Notes under the pieces: model-generated | What the model saw: only the letters and a program-made list of their open reading frames with translations | What the model was told of the DNA's origin: nothing | Databases searched by the model: none | Position numbers and translations under genes: made by a program | Shown: in pieces, positions 1 through 7,006 of the stretch | How positions within the stretch are numbered: position 1 is the first letter of the stretch | How the letters are laid out: each line of letters begins with the position of its first letter | Assembly: GCA_016722575.1 (NCBI GenBank) | Contig: JADKIY010000007.1 | Coordinates: 5,276-69,275 of the forward strand | Source: Elusimicrobiota bacterium | Lineage (GTDB): Bacteria; Elusimicrobiota; Elusimicrobia; FEN-1173 | Direction of reading: 5' to 3' | DNA: 64,000 nucleotides

Positions 1-1
1 T

Positions 2-775
2 AAACCGGACCCGGCTGCTCTGGAGTTCTCTGCACAGGTGGCTTGCCTTACTGCTTTGGCGGGGGCGATGCGTGCCAAGCTGAACCCCAACCCACCGGAT
101 ATTTCCAGCGTCATGGAAAAGATCAGCATGCTTTTGGACGATTCCATCACCGGGATGACAATCCGGGAGCAAGGGTCCCCACCGCTGGACCTTTCTAAGA
201 TAAATTTCAAGGCGCTTGCCCAACGATTTAATCGGTCAAAACACAAGAACACGGACCTGGAAGTTCTGAAGGCGCTAATCCGTGCCCAAATGGAGAAGCT
301 GATACGCTTGAATCGAACTCGGGCAAATTTTACCGAAAAGTTTGAAGAACTGATTGAGAGCTACAATTCCGGAAGTCGAAACATTGAACAGCTTTTTGAG
401 GAGTTATTTAAATTAAGCAATAGTCTGACTGAGGAAGAAGAACGTCACGTTAGGGAAAATCTTAGTGAGGAAGAACTTGCAATTTTTGACATTCTTACCC
501 GCCCTGCTCCCACGCTTAGCACCGCCGAGCGGGCCGAATTAAAGAAAGTCACGCGGGCCCTGTTGGAGTCCCTCAAGCGGCTTCTCGTCCTGGATTGGCG
601 TCAAAAACCCAGCGCTCGATCAAAAATAAAAGTAGCTATTGAGAGCGCTTTGGATTCTGGTTTGCCACGCGCATACCCTCCTGATCTTTATCGTAAGAAG
701 TGCGCCATCGTTTTCGAACATATCTGTGAAAGCTACCCGCAGCAGGGAACAAGCATCTATACCGTTGCTGCTTAA
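2..775 (+). CDS. hsdR: Type I restriction enzyme R subunit (HsdR), C-terminal fragment; the 5' end lies outside the window
   Basis: Frame 2 is open from nt 2. The translation (NRTRANFTEKFEELIESYNSGS, LSEEELAIFDILTRP, LDWRQK, LPRAYPPDLY) matches the HsdR C-terminal DUF3387 region as I remember it. GC is lower than in the rest of the window. Confidence 0.8.
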   Translation, partial: KPDPAALEFSAQVACLTALAGAMRAKLNPNPPDISSVMEKISMLLDDSITGMTIREQGSPPLDLSKINFKALAQRFNRSKHKNTDLEVLKALIRAQMEKLIRLNRTRANFTEKFEELIESYNSGSRNIEQLFEELFKLSNSLTEEEERHVRENLSEEELAIFDILTRPAPTLSTAERAELKKVTRALLESLKRLLVLDWRQKPSARSKIKVAIESALDSGLPRAYPPDLYRKKCAIVFEHICESYPQQGTSIYTVAA

Positions 776-823
776 CCCCTTCGACTTGACTGTGTGTAAT
801 GCAAGATGCCACACTACATCCAG

Positions 824-979
824 ATGGGCCGAACAAGCCGGAACCCCCGGGTAAAAGCGGTACAAATCCGCATGACGGAAGAGGAAGTCAAGACCTTACG
901 GGATCTTGCCAAAAATGACCGGCGCAGCATTTCCAATTTTGTGCGCTGGCTGATTGAAAAAGAGGCAAGGAAAACGTAG
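824..979 (+). CDS. Ribbon-helix-helix (CopG/Arc-like) small DNA-binding protein, 51 aa
   Basis: Hand-translated because it is below the ORF-track size cutoff: ATG 824 to TAG 977-979 gives MGRTSRNPRVKAVQIRMTEEEVKTLRDLAKNDRRSISNFVRWLIEKEARKT. It has the typical RHH pattern of a beta-strand (VQIRM) followed by two helices. Confidence 0.6.
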   Translation: MGRTSRNPRVKAVQIRMTEEEVKTLRDLAKNDRRSISNFVRWLIEKEARKT

Positions 980-1821
980 TGGATTTTTTTATATTTATAC
1001 GTGGTGCTATATGCACTACGTAATGAGAAGGAGTCCTCAAAATCTGTGTTTAAAACGGCATACGGCTTGACGAACATTGTCGAAACGCAAAACCGGCGGA
1101 CCCGACCGCCACGTTCCACGTGTCGGCCCGGTTCCGCCAAGAAATTCAAAACCGCGCGCGCCTGGACCGGGAGGGCGAGGGCAAGACCTTCAGGGCTTGG
1201 CCTTCTCCAGCTAACGGAGCAGGCCGCCCAGCGGGGGCGGGTGAAACGGAGCGCAGGGGCGGCGGCGTTCTAGGCCGACGCGGCGGAGCGACCCGGTTTG
1301 GGGGGGGGTGTCGAATCAGGCGGAGCGGCGACCGTCCTATCCCTCGGGTGACCAAGCGAGCCGGGCGGCGGCGGGGGTTCTCCTGCCGACGCGCGGCGAG
1401 CGCCCCGGGGTGGAACGATTAACCGAAGTGCCCGGCGCAGGGGTTTTCCAGGGAGGTCGAATCAACCGGAGCGGAGACTTCTTTCTTTTCCAGCCCCAGG
1501 CTTACGGGTTTCCAGGCTCGGGTTTTAATGGGACAGCGCGGCGATGACAGAGCGACGCGCCATCACCGCACGCCGTTGTCCCAGCGTTGCGCCGCGCGGG
1601 GAGAGTTCCGCCCGCGATAGCGGTCGACGGTCAAAGGGAATGGTCGAATGACGGAAAAGAAACGGAGCGGGGAGAAAAGGAGGGCCCTTCGGCCGACGAT
1701 GTGTTGGCTGAATCGGCAGACAAGGCCCCACAATCCGGGTCCTGCCCGCAAGGTAGGGCGCGGCTTCCTGCGCCGCGCCAGGGCCAAGCCTTGGGGTGGC
1801 CCCCAAGGCCAGCGGGGCCGC

Positions 1822-1870
1822 AATCGTGGTCGCAATCACACCGAGGGTTCAATCCCTCCCCTTGGGTTCC
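1822..1870 (+). pseudogene. Degenerate copy of the 3' half of tRNA-Ser
   Basis: AATCGTGGTCGCAATCACACCGAGGGTTCAATCCCTCCCCTTGGGTTCC aligns by eye to the anticodon-stem, variable-arm and T-arm part of the intact tRNA-Ser at 4076-4165, in the opposite orientation. It lacks a matching 5' half of proper length. Confidence 0.45.
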
Positions 1871-1967
1871 GGCAGGTAATAGTCCCCGGTCAGGCGGTAG
1901 TTTTCCCAGTATTCGTGCGCAATATTGGGGAACGTCAGTGGAACAATGGTTGGACCCGTGTCGGTTT

Positions 1968-2318
1968 TTCCGCCATTTGCTGAAATCACAAACTGTGGCA
2001 AAAGAGCCCAACGGATCCCCTCCGCTGGGCTTTTTTGTTTTGACCGAATTCTGTCCCAAACCGTCCGAGCCGGGTCGTCCCACTCCCAAATTTCCAACCA
2101 AAGCGGTGGAATTCGTCTGATCGAACGCGCTCCGCGCGACGGGGCGGGAGTCGCTCCGAATGTCGCTAACGTCGTCGGAAGAAACACCGCCATTTGCGCC
2201 CGGGGTCCGTCCGCTTTTGCCGCCCGAGAAGGAACCGAAGGCGTAGTCCACGCGGACGCTCCTTTTGGAATAGTGAATCCGCCGAATCCCCCGCCGCACC
2301 GCATACACTTTTTCTATC
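1968..2318. repeat. Inverted repeat, left arm (IR-L)
   Basis: Its reverse complement matches 3726-4083 at roughly 93-95% by eye, with one 9-nt indel and one 1-nt indel. It starts with TTCCGCCA (the tRNA 3' end), contains a hairpin plus T6 (2006-2036), and carries a minus-strand copy of the recombinase C-terminus (GIEKVYAVRRGIRRIHYSKRSVRVDYAFGSF). Confidence 0.85.
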
Positions 2319-2467
2319 CCAACACCGCGCGCAACCCCAGGGAGGTGGCCCACTCCCGTCACCCTCGCCCCCACGGGGCAAGGGTCCAATGGTTCCCCAC
2401 TCCGACTCGCCCCGCCGGGGCAAGCCATGAAAATCAAACTGGGGAAAAATATCGGCCCGAAATTTCC

Positions 2468-2488
2468 TACAATGCAACAAAATAGGAG
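2468..2488 (+). promoter_or_regulatory. Putative -10 (TACAAT, 2468-2473) and Shine-Dalgarno (AGGAGG, 2483-2488) of the recombinase gene
   Basis: AGGAGG lies 8 nt before ATG 2497 and TACAAT lies 24 nt upstream of that ATG. No clear -35 box was found. Confidence 0.3.
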
Positions 2489-2496
2489 GTGTTCAT

Positions 2497-4097
2497 ATGT
2501 ATAGTATTGCCCCGGAACCTTCTGTCATTTCCTCCGTCACCAAGTGCGCTATCTACACCCGCGTTTCGACGGATTTACAGGCGGAAGTTGTGTTTAACTC
2601 CTGCGAAGCCCAGGAGGACCGCATCCGTTCTTTCATCGCCAGCCAAGCCGGTTTCGAAGTGGTTAAAGTTTATTCCGATCCCGGCTACAGCGGAGCAAAC
2701 ACGGAGCGTCCTGGGCTTCGGCAAATGGTCGACGACATTCGGGTTGGGCTCATCAAAATGGTGATCTCCTATAAAATCGACCGCCTGACCCGCTCGCCCA
2801 AAGATTTCTACGACCTCATTGAACTTTTTGAAGCCCACGGGGCATCCTTTATTTCCGTCACGGAACGCTTTGACACGTCGACGCCGTCGGGCCGACTTTT
2901 GCGCAATATCATGCTGACCTTTGCTCAGTTCGAACGCGAGCTGATTTCCGAGCGCGTTCGTGACAAGTTGATCCAGCGGGTTAAGCGCGGTCTCCATGGG
3001 GTTGGTTCGCCGCCCTTTGGTTATGTGAAGAATGAGAAGGGTGTCCTGGTTTTTGATTCTCCGCGCGACGCGCACGTGGGGCTGATTTTTGAAACTTATC
3101 TCAAGACTCGCTCGATCCGCGCCATTCTCAAAACCCTTCGGGGAAAAGGAATCCTTTCCCGAAAAGGGAAACCTTTTTGCGATTCGGCCATTTGGAACCT
3201 GTTAAGGAACCAGGTTTACACGGGCAAGATTGTCCACCGGGGACCACTTATCCCGGTCAACATGAGCCCATCGTTAGCCCGGAGCTGTTTAACGATGTCC
3301 AACGCTTGATGGCCGAATCCCCTCGTCAGACGGCCAATCCCGATAACCACTTGCCCTTCGCCGGGATTGTCCGCTGCCAGGAGTGTGGAAGCGCCATGAG
3401 CGTCGCGTTCACCAACAAACAGAACAAAGGGGGGAAGAAGAAATATTTTTACTACCGGTGCGGCAGCGTGGGGCACAAAGGCAAAGACGCTTGCCGCACC
3501 AAACAGATCGGTGCGGATCGTTTGCACGACATGGTCTATAAAAACCTGATCCGCCTTTCGGTTGATGGGGAAAACCTGAAAAATCTCGTGTTTTCGCTGA
3601 AAAATCAAACCCGTGGAGAGTCTGGAGAGGGATTTGAACCGTTACAAGATTTACAACGTTTGACGCCCCAAAACCTTCAAAAAGACCTTACGGCATATAT
3701 AAAAACATGTGCGCGCAAAACCGGGATTGAAAAAGTGTATGCGGTGCGGCGGGGGATTCGGCGGATTCACTATTCCAAAAGGAGCGTCCGCGTGGACTAC
3801 GCCTTCGGTTCCTTCCCAGGTGGCAAAAGCGGACGGGACACGTCCCCAATGGGCGCAAATGGCGGTGTTTCTTCCGACGACGTTAGCGAATTTCGGAGCG
3901 ACTCCCACCCCGTCGCGCGGAGCGCGTTCGATCAGACCAATTCCACCCCTTTGGTTGGGAATTTGGGAGTGGGACGACCCGGCTCGGACGGTTTGGGACA
4001 GAATTCGATCAAAACAAAAAAGCCCAGCGGAGGGAATCCGTTGGGCTCTTTTGCCACAGTTTGTGATTTCACAAATGGCGGAAGGGGAGGGATTTGA
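2497..4097 (+). CDS. Large serine recombinase, interrupted by one frameshift in a G-run at 3239-3242; C-terminal limit uncertain
   Basis: The N-terminus has the resolvase catalytic core (AIYTRVSTD, SYKIDRLTRS, FAQFERELISERV). After the shift the sequence continues TTYPGQHEPIVSPELFNDVQ, then a zinc ribbon (CQECGS...YYRCG). Adding one G restores ...KIVHRGTTYPGQHEP.... The open frame runs through IR-R into the tRNA. Confidence 0.8.
3624..3650 (-). other. tRNA-Ser T-arm-like fragment inside the recombinase coding region
   Basis: GGAGAGGGATTTGAACCGTTACAAGAT compared with the genuine GGGGAGGGATTTGAACCCTCGAGGAT at 4084-4109 (about 22/27 identical by eye, same orientation). Confidence 0.3.
3726..4083. 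repeat. Inverted repeat, right arm (IR-R)
   Basis: It is the reverse complement of 1968-2318. It includes the recombinase C-terminal codons, the terminator hairpin at 4022-4046, and the last 8 nt of tRNA-Ser. Confidence 0.85.
4011..4052. terminator. Bidirectional rho-independent terminator between the recombinase and tRNA-Ser
   Basis: A 10-bp stem GCCCAGCGGA/TCCGTTGGGC (one G-U pair) with loop GGGAA is flanked by an A-rich run upstream and a T-rich run (TCTTTT) downstream. Confidence 0.6.
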
Positions 4098-4165
4098 ACC
4101 CTCGAGGATCTTGCGACCCTACACGATTTCCAGTCGTGCCGATTCAGCCGCTCTCGCACCCTTCC
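4076..4165 (-). tRNA. tRNA-Ser (anticodon GGA), class II with a long variable arm and encoded CCA
   Basis: Hand-folded: acceptor GGAAGGG/CCCTTCC, anticodon arm CACGA-CTGGAAA-TCGTG, T-arm GAGGG-TTCAAAT-CCCTC, discriminator G, then CCA. Confidence 0.9.
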
Positions 4166-4166
4166 A

Positions 4167-4220
4167 AAAGGAAAAAAAGATCAATGAAGTGGTGCGATAG
4201 CGGCGAGCCGCTCAACGCGC
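4167..4220. repeat. Direct repeat copy 1 (about 53 bp), immediately upstream of the tRNA-Ser 5' end
   Basis: AAAGGAAAAAAAGATCAATGAAGTGGTGCGATAGCGGCGAGCCGCTCAACGCGC recurs at 4357-4409 with about 5 differences. Confidence 0.8.
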
Positions 4221-4356
4221 CCGGCGCTACGTGGAGCGGAGGCCCCCGCTGTAAGTCGGCGGTCCGAAAGACCGCCGAAGGCCACCGCGCACCCTTCCAT
4301 CGGGAATGCGGGCCCTCTGGGCCCGCCGATGGTCCCAAGGCTCTGCTCTTGGGGCC

Positions 4357-4409
4357 AAAGGAAAAAAGATCAATGAAGTGGTGCGATAGCGGCAAACCGC
4401 TTGACGCGC
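4357..4409. repeat. Direct repeat copy 2, 45 nt upstream of dinB
   Basis: Near-identical to 4167-4220. The 12-nt tRNA 5' end string CGCACCCTTCCA is also duplicated (4155-4166 and 4289-4300). Confidence 0.8.
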
Positions 4410-4453
4410 ACCCTACGGAAGGGAAGATTTTACCTTTTTAAACGGATAATTCG

Positions 4454-5677
4454 ATGGATCGCGTGATTCTTCATCTCGACATGAACGCCTTTTTCGCCTC
4501 GGTGGAACAGCGGGAGAACCCCGCTTTGCGGGGGAAGCCTGTGGTCGTCGTGGGGGGCCTCGGCCGTCGGGGAATTATCCTCACGGCGTCCTACGAAGCC
4601 CGGCCCTACGGGATCAAAACGGGGATGCTCCTTCATCAAGCCCAGGCCCTGTGCCCGACGCTGGTTCCGGTGGCGGGGGATTTCCGAAAATACGTTGAGG
4701 CTTCCAAAATGCTTTTTCCTCTCCTGGAACGCTTTACGGAAAAAGTGGAAATGACCTCCTGCGACGAGGCGTTTATGGACGTCACGGAAGCCCGGCGCGC
4801 GCCGGATTGGGACCAGGCCCTCGAGACGGCGGCGGCGGTCCAACGTTTGGTCTTGGACGAGCTGTCCCTCCCCTGTTCGATCGGGATCGCGCCCAACAAG
4901 TTATTGGCCAAATTGGCCTCGGACATGAAAAAACCCCGGGGGCTGACGCGGATTCGTCCGACGGAGGTGGAGAGTCTTTTGGCCGCTCTTCCGGTCGAAT
5001 CCCTTTGCGGCATCGGGCCCCGGATGAAGAAAAACTTGGAGGCGATGGGCGTTCGAACCTGCGGGCAGTTGGCGGCCATGGATTTCGAAACCCTCTACAC
5101 GCGTTTCGGCGCCTGGGGCCATTGGCTGAAACGCATGGGGCAAGGACGGGACGACGCGCCCGTGGCCCGGGTGGACGCGGTGGACACGGTCAAATCCGTC
5201 GGTCACGCCACGACCTTCCCCTCCAACACCCGGGACCCGGACGTGTTGAAGGGCTACTTGATGTTTTTGTCGGAGAAAGTCGGCGCCCGGGCCCGGCGCT
5301 ACGGGTTGGCCGGGCGGGAAGTGGCGCTCACGGTGCGGGACGCGGATTTTAAAACCCGCACCCACCACCGGGCTCTGGGGGAGGCGATTATGACCGACGA
5401 GGCCATTTTCGCCGCCGCCGCGGGGCTGTTGGCGGAAAAGGAACGCCTTGAAAAACCCATCCGACTGGTCGGGGTGTGCCTCGCGCGCCTGGAACCCCAC
5501 ACGGGCCAAGCTTCCCTCTTTACGGAGTCGGATCGCCCCCGGAAGCTGGCGGAAACCCTGGACCGATTGAACGCCCGCTACGGCAAAGGCACCGTGGGCC
5601 GGGCCCGGTCCGCTCTGGCCAAAAAGCACGGCGTCTTGGCCCCGCCGGTTCCCCCAGCCCTTCGCGCGGCGGATTGA
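4454..5677 (+). CDS. dinB: DNA polymerase IV (Y-family translesion polymerase)
   Basis: [40 protein letters not shown] and [20 protein letters not shown] are typical DinB motifs. Confidence 0.9.
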   Translation: [407 protein letters not shown]

Positions 5678-5726
5678 CGGCCATTGAAAAATAAAAAAGG
5701 AGGGGTATACACAAGGGGGGGGTCTC

Positions 5727-6248
5727 TTGCGCCGACGAACGTCCAAAGGTTTCACGTTAATTGAACTGATGCTCGTGGTGGCCATCATCGGCCTCCTCAC
5801 GGCCATCGCCCTGCCCAAATTCGCCGGCCTTATCCAAAAGGCCCGCGACGCGGCCGCGAGGGGAGGGCTCGGAACTCTTCGTGCCTCGCTTCGGATTTAC
5901 ATATTGGACAACGATGGGAGGTATCCTTGGACCTATGGGGAATTGGCGCCAAAATATTTAGATAAATGGCCTTCCATCAATCTTACCCACCATGACGGAT
6001 GGTCGCGTGGGCTCGGCGATGGGCCCTTTCCTTGTTGTGCAATGGTCGCGCTTTTTCAGCCGTCGACAATGGAGGATGCTTTGGTTCAAGCCCACGTGAC
6101 GGAACTCCACCCCTTCTGGCCAGCGCCATGGGGCAACTACCAATTTGTCGCATTACAGGACCCGACAAGGACTTTCAATGTGGATGCGGCTTTTACGGTC
6201 CTTTGCACCCATACGGACGCCCGGGGAGTTCTTTGGTCGGAATATTGA
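5727..6248 (+). CDS. Type IV pilin-like protein (prepilin N-terminal cleavage/methylation domain), paralogue 1
   Basis: TTG start with leader MRRRTSKG, then [25 protein letters not shown]-terminal motif CTHTDARGVLWSEY is shared with the paralogues at 6436, 24086 and 36589. Confidence 0.8.
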   Translation: MRRRTSKGFTLIELMLVVAIIGLLTAIALPKFAGLIQKARDAAARGGLGTLRASLRIYILDNDGRYPWTYGELAPKYLDKWPSINLTHHDGWSRGLGDGPFPCCAMVALFQPSTMEDALVQAHVTELHPFWPAPWGNYQFVALQDPTRTFNVDAAFTVLCTHTDARGVLWSEY

Positions 6249-6264
6249 GCGGAAATGGCCCGCC

Positions 6265-6415
6265 GGAACTCCAGGGGAAATACGTGGACTTGGATAAAAT
6301 CCATTTTCGTTCCCCCGGCTACATCCACACGCCTTCCCTCACTCGGCCCGGGGGCGCCACCATCGGCTTCGAAAGCTTTGGGCCCGCCCGGTTCTCGACC
6401 CCATCGTGCCGGATC
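6265..6415 (+). pseudogene. Promoterless, start-less partial copy of an internal segment of pilin paralogue 2
   Basis: 6265-6343 matches 6669-6747 with 1 mismatch. 6344-6415 matches 6748-6819 at about 80%. It lies after the stop of paralogue 1 and in a different frame. Confidence 0.7.
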
Positions 6416-6435
6416 CGAAGTGCCGGGTGGGGGTC

Positions 6436-6945
6436 ATGAAAAAAAATGGATTCACCCTGATCGAATTGATGCTGGTGGTGGCCATCATCGCCTTGCTGGC
6501 GGCCATCGCCCTCCCCCAATTCGCCAATCTGATCGAAAAATCCCGGGAAGCCAGCAACCGAGGCAACATGGGGACGGTCCGAAGCGCGCTGGAAATTTAT
6601 TACGTGGACAACGACGGCATTTATCCGCGCTACGCCATGGGCCCCACCTGCTGGGGAAACGGCACACTGGAACTCCAGGGGAAATACGTGGACTTGGATA
6701 AAATCCATTTTCGTTCCCCCGGCTACATCCACTCGCCTTCCCTCACTCTTCCCGGGACCGCCATCATCGGCTTCGGAAACTTCGGGCCCACCCCGGTTCT
6801 CGATCCCATCACGCCGGACCTTTGGTTGCCCCAGTACGACTATTACGCCACGGGCCCCATCGGCTGCGGGCCGGTCCCCCTGGCCCGGGTGGGTTTTTAT
6901 TGCACCCACACGGATTTGTCGGGACGGACCTGGAGCACGTGGTAA
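6436..6945 (+). CDS. Type IV pilin-like protein, paralogue 2
   Basis: ATG 6436 gives MKKNG, then [24 protein letters not shown]. It also has YYVDNDGIYP and the C-terminal motif CTHTDLSGRTWSTW. Confidence 0.85.
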   Translation: MKKNGFTLIELMLVVAIIALLAAIALPQFANLIEKSREASNRGNMGTVRSALEIYYVDNDGIYPRYAMGPTCWGNGTLELQGKYVDLDKIHFRSPGYIHSPSLTLPGTAIIGFGNFGPTPVLDPITPDLWLPQYDYYATGPIGCGPVPLARVGFYCTHTDLSGRTWSTW

Positions 6946-7006
6946 AAAAGACCGATCGGGGGAATGGATTTTCCGATGGTCCGGCCCGAGGCGGGTCGGA
7001 CCGGCG

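Larger units (their letters stand above)
1968..4083. mobile_element. Serine-recombinase module bounded by ~350-bp inverted repeats and abutting tRNA-Ser
   Basis: The arms at 1968-2318 and 3726-4083 are reverse complements. The interior carries the recombinase promoter, SD and catalytic region. GC is lower than in the flanking core genes. Confidence 0.5.

Noticed and set aside
1300-1870. Possible tmRNA (ssrA), suggested by a G-rich start near 1300, a T-arm-like GAGGGTTCAATCCCTCC and proximity to an integrase.
   Set aside because: The putative acceptor strand is CCCAAGG/CCTTGGG rather than GGGG.../...CCACCA with a G3-U pair. It lies only 34 nt from the T-arm. There is no encoded CCA, tag ORF or GGATTCGAC-like 5' element. 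The T-arm instead aligns to the local tRNA-Ser, so I treat the region as tRNA-derived debris or unknown.
1001-2485. Track ORFs inside the 1.0-2.5 kb region (1001-1273, 1120-1422, 1587-2120, 1925-2485 and others) as island cargo genes.
   Set aside because: There is no SD or start context and no recognisable motifs. The ORFs overlap heavily in all frames. The only protein-like stretch (minus strand, about 2100-2316) is the duplicated recombinase C-terminus that belongs to the inverted repeat.
3177-4097. ORF 3177-4097 as an independent gene downstream of a short resolvase.
   Set aside because: Its N-terminal part continues the recombinase domain exactly where ORF 2497-3309 loses similarity (TTYPGQHEPIVSPELF, zinc ribbon, coiled coil). 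One missing G at 3239-3242 explains the split.
4190-4300. A second tRNA (Ser/Sec-like) or SRP RNA on the minus strand, starting with GGAAGGGTGCG like the neighbouring tRNA-Ser and containing a perfect hairpin CGGCGGTC-CGAAA-GACCGCCG.
   Set aside because: There is no 3' strand complementary to GGAAGGG and no T-arm. The hairpin has a 5-nt loop and lacks the SRP helix-8 internal loops (GGAA/AGCA). It cannot be folded into a cloverleaf by hand.
5715-5722. G8 tracts immediately upstream of three pilin-like genes (5715-5722, 24077-24084, 36598-36605) as dedicated phase-variation switches.
   Set aside because: G7-G9 runs are frequent elsewhere in this GC-rich window, including inside ppc (about 10680), the OMP gene (about 63500), and at 1300 and 51231. 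The association is therefore not clearly non-random. They may simply act as G-rich ribosome-binding sites. This is worth a read-level check but is not supportable as a claim.
6958-7006. The hairpin GGTCCGGCCCGAGGCGGGTCGGACC between the convergent pilin 2 and yraN genes as a rho-independent terminator.
   Set aside because: The stem is good but there is no flanking T-run on either strand, so I cannot call it an intrinsic terminator from sequence alone.
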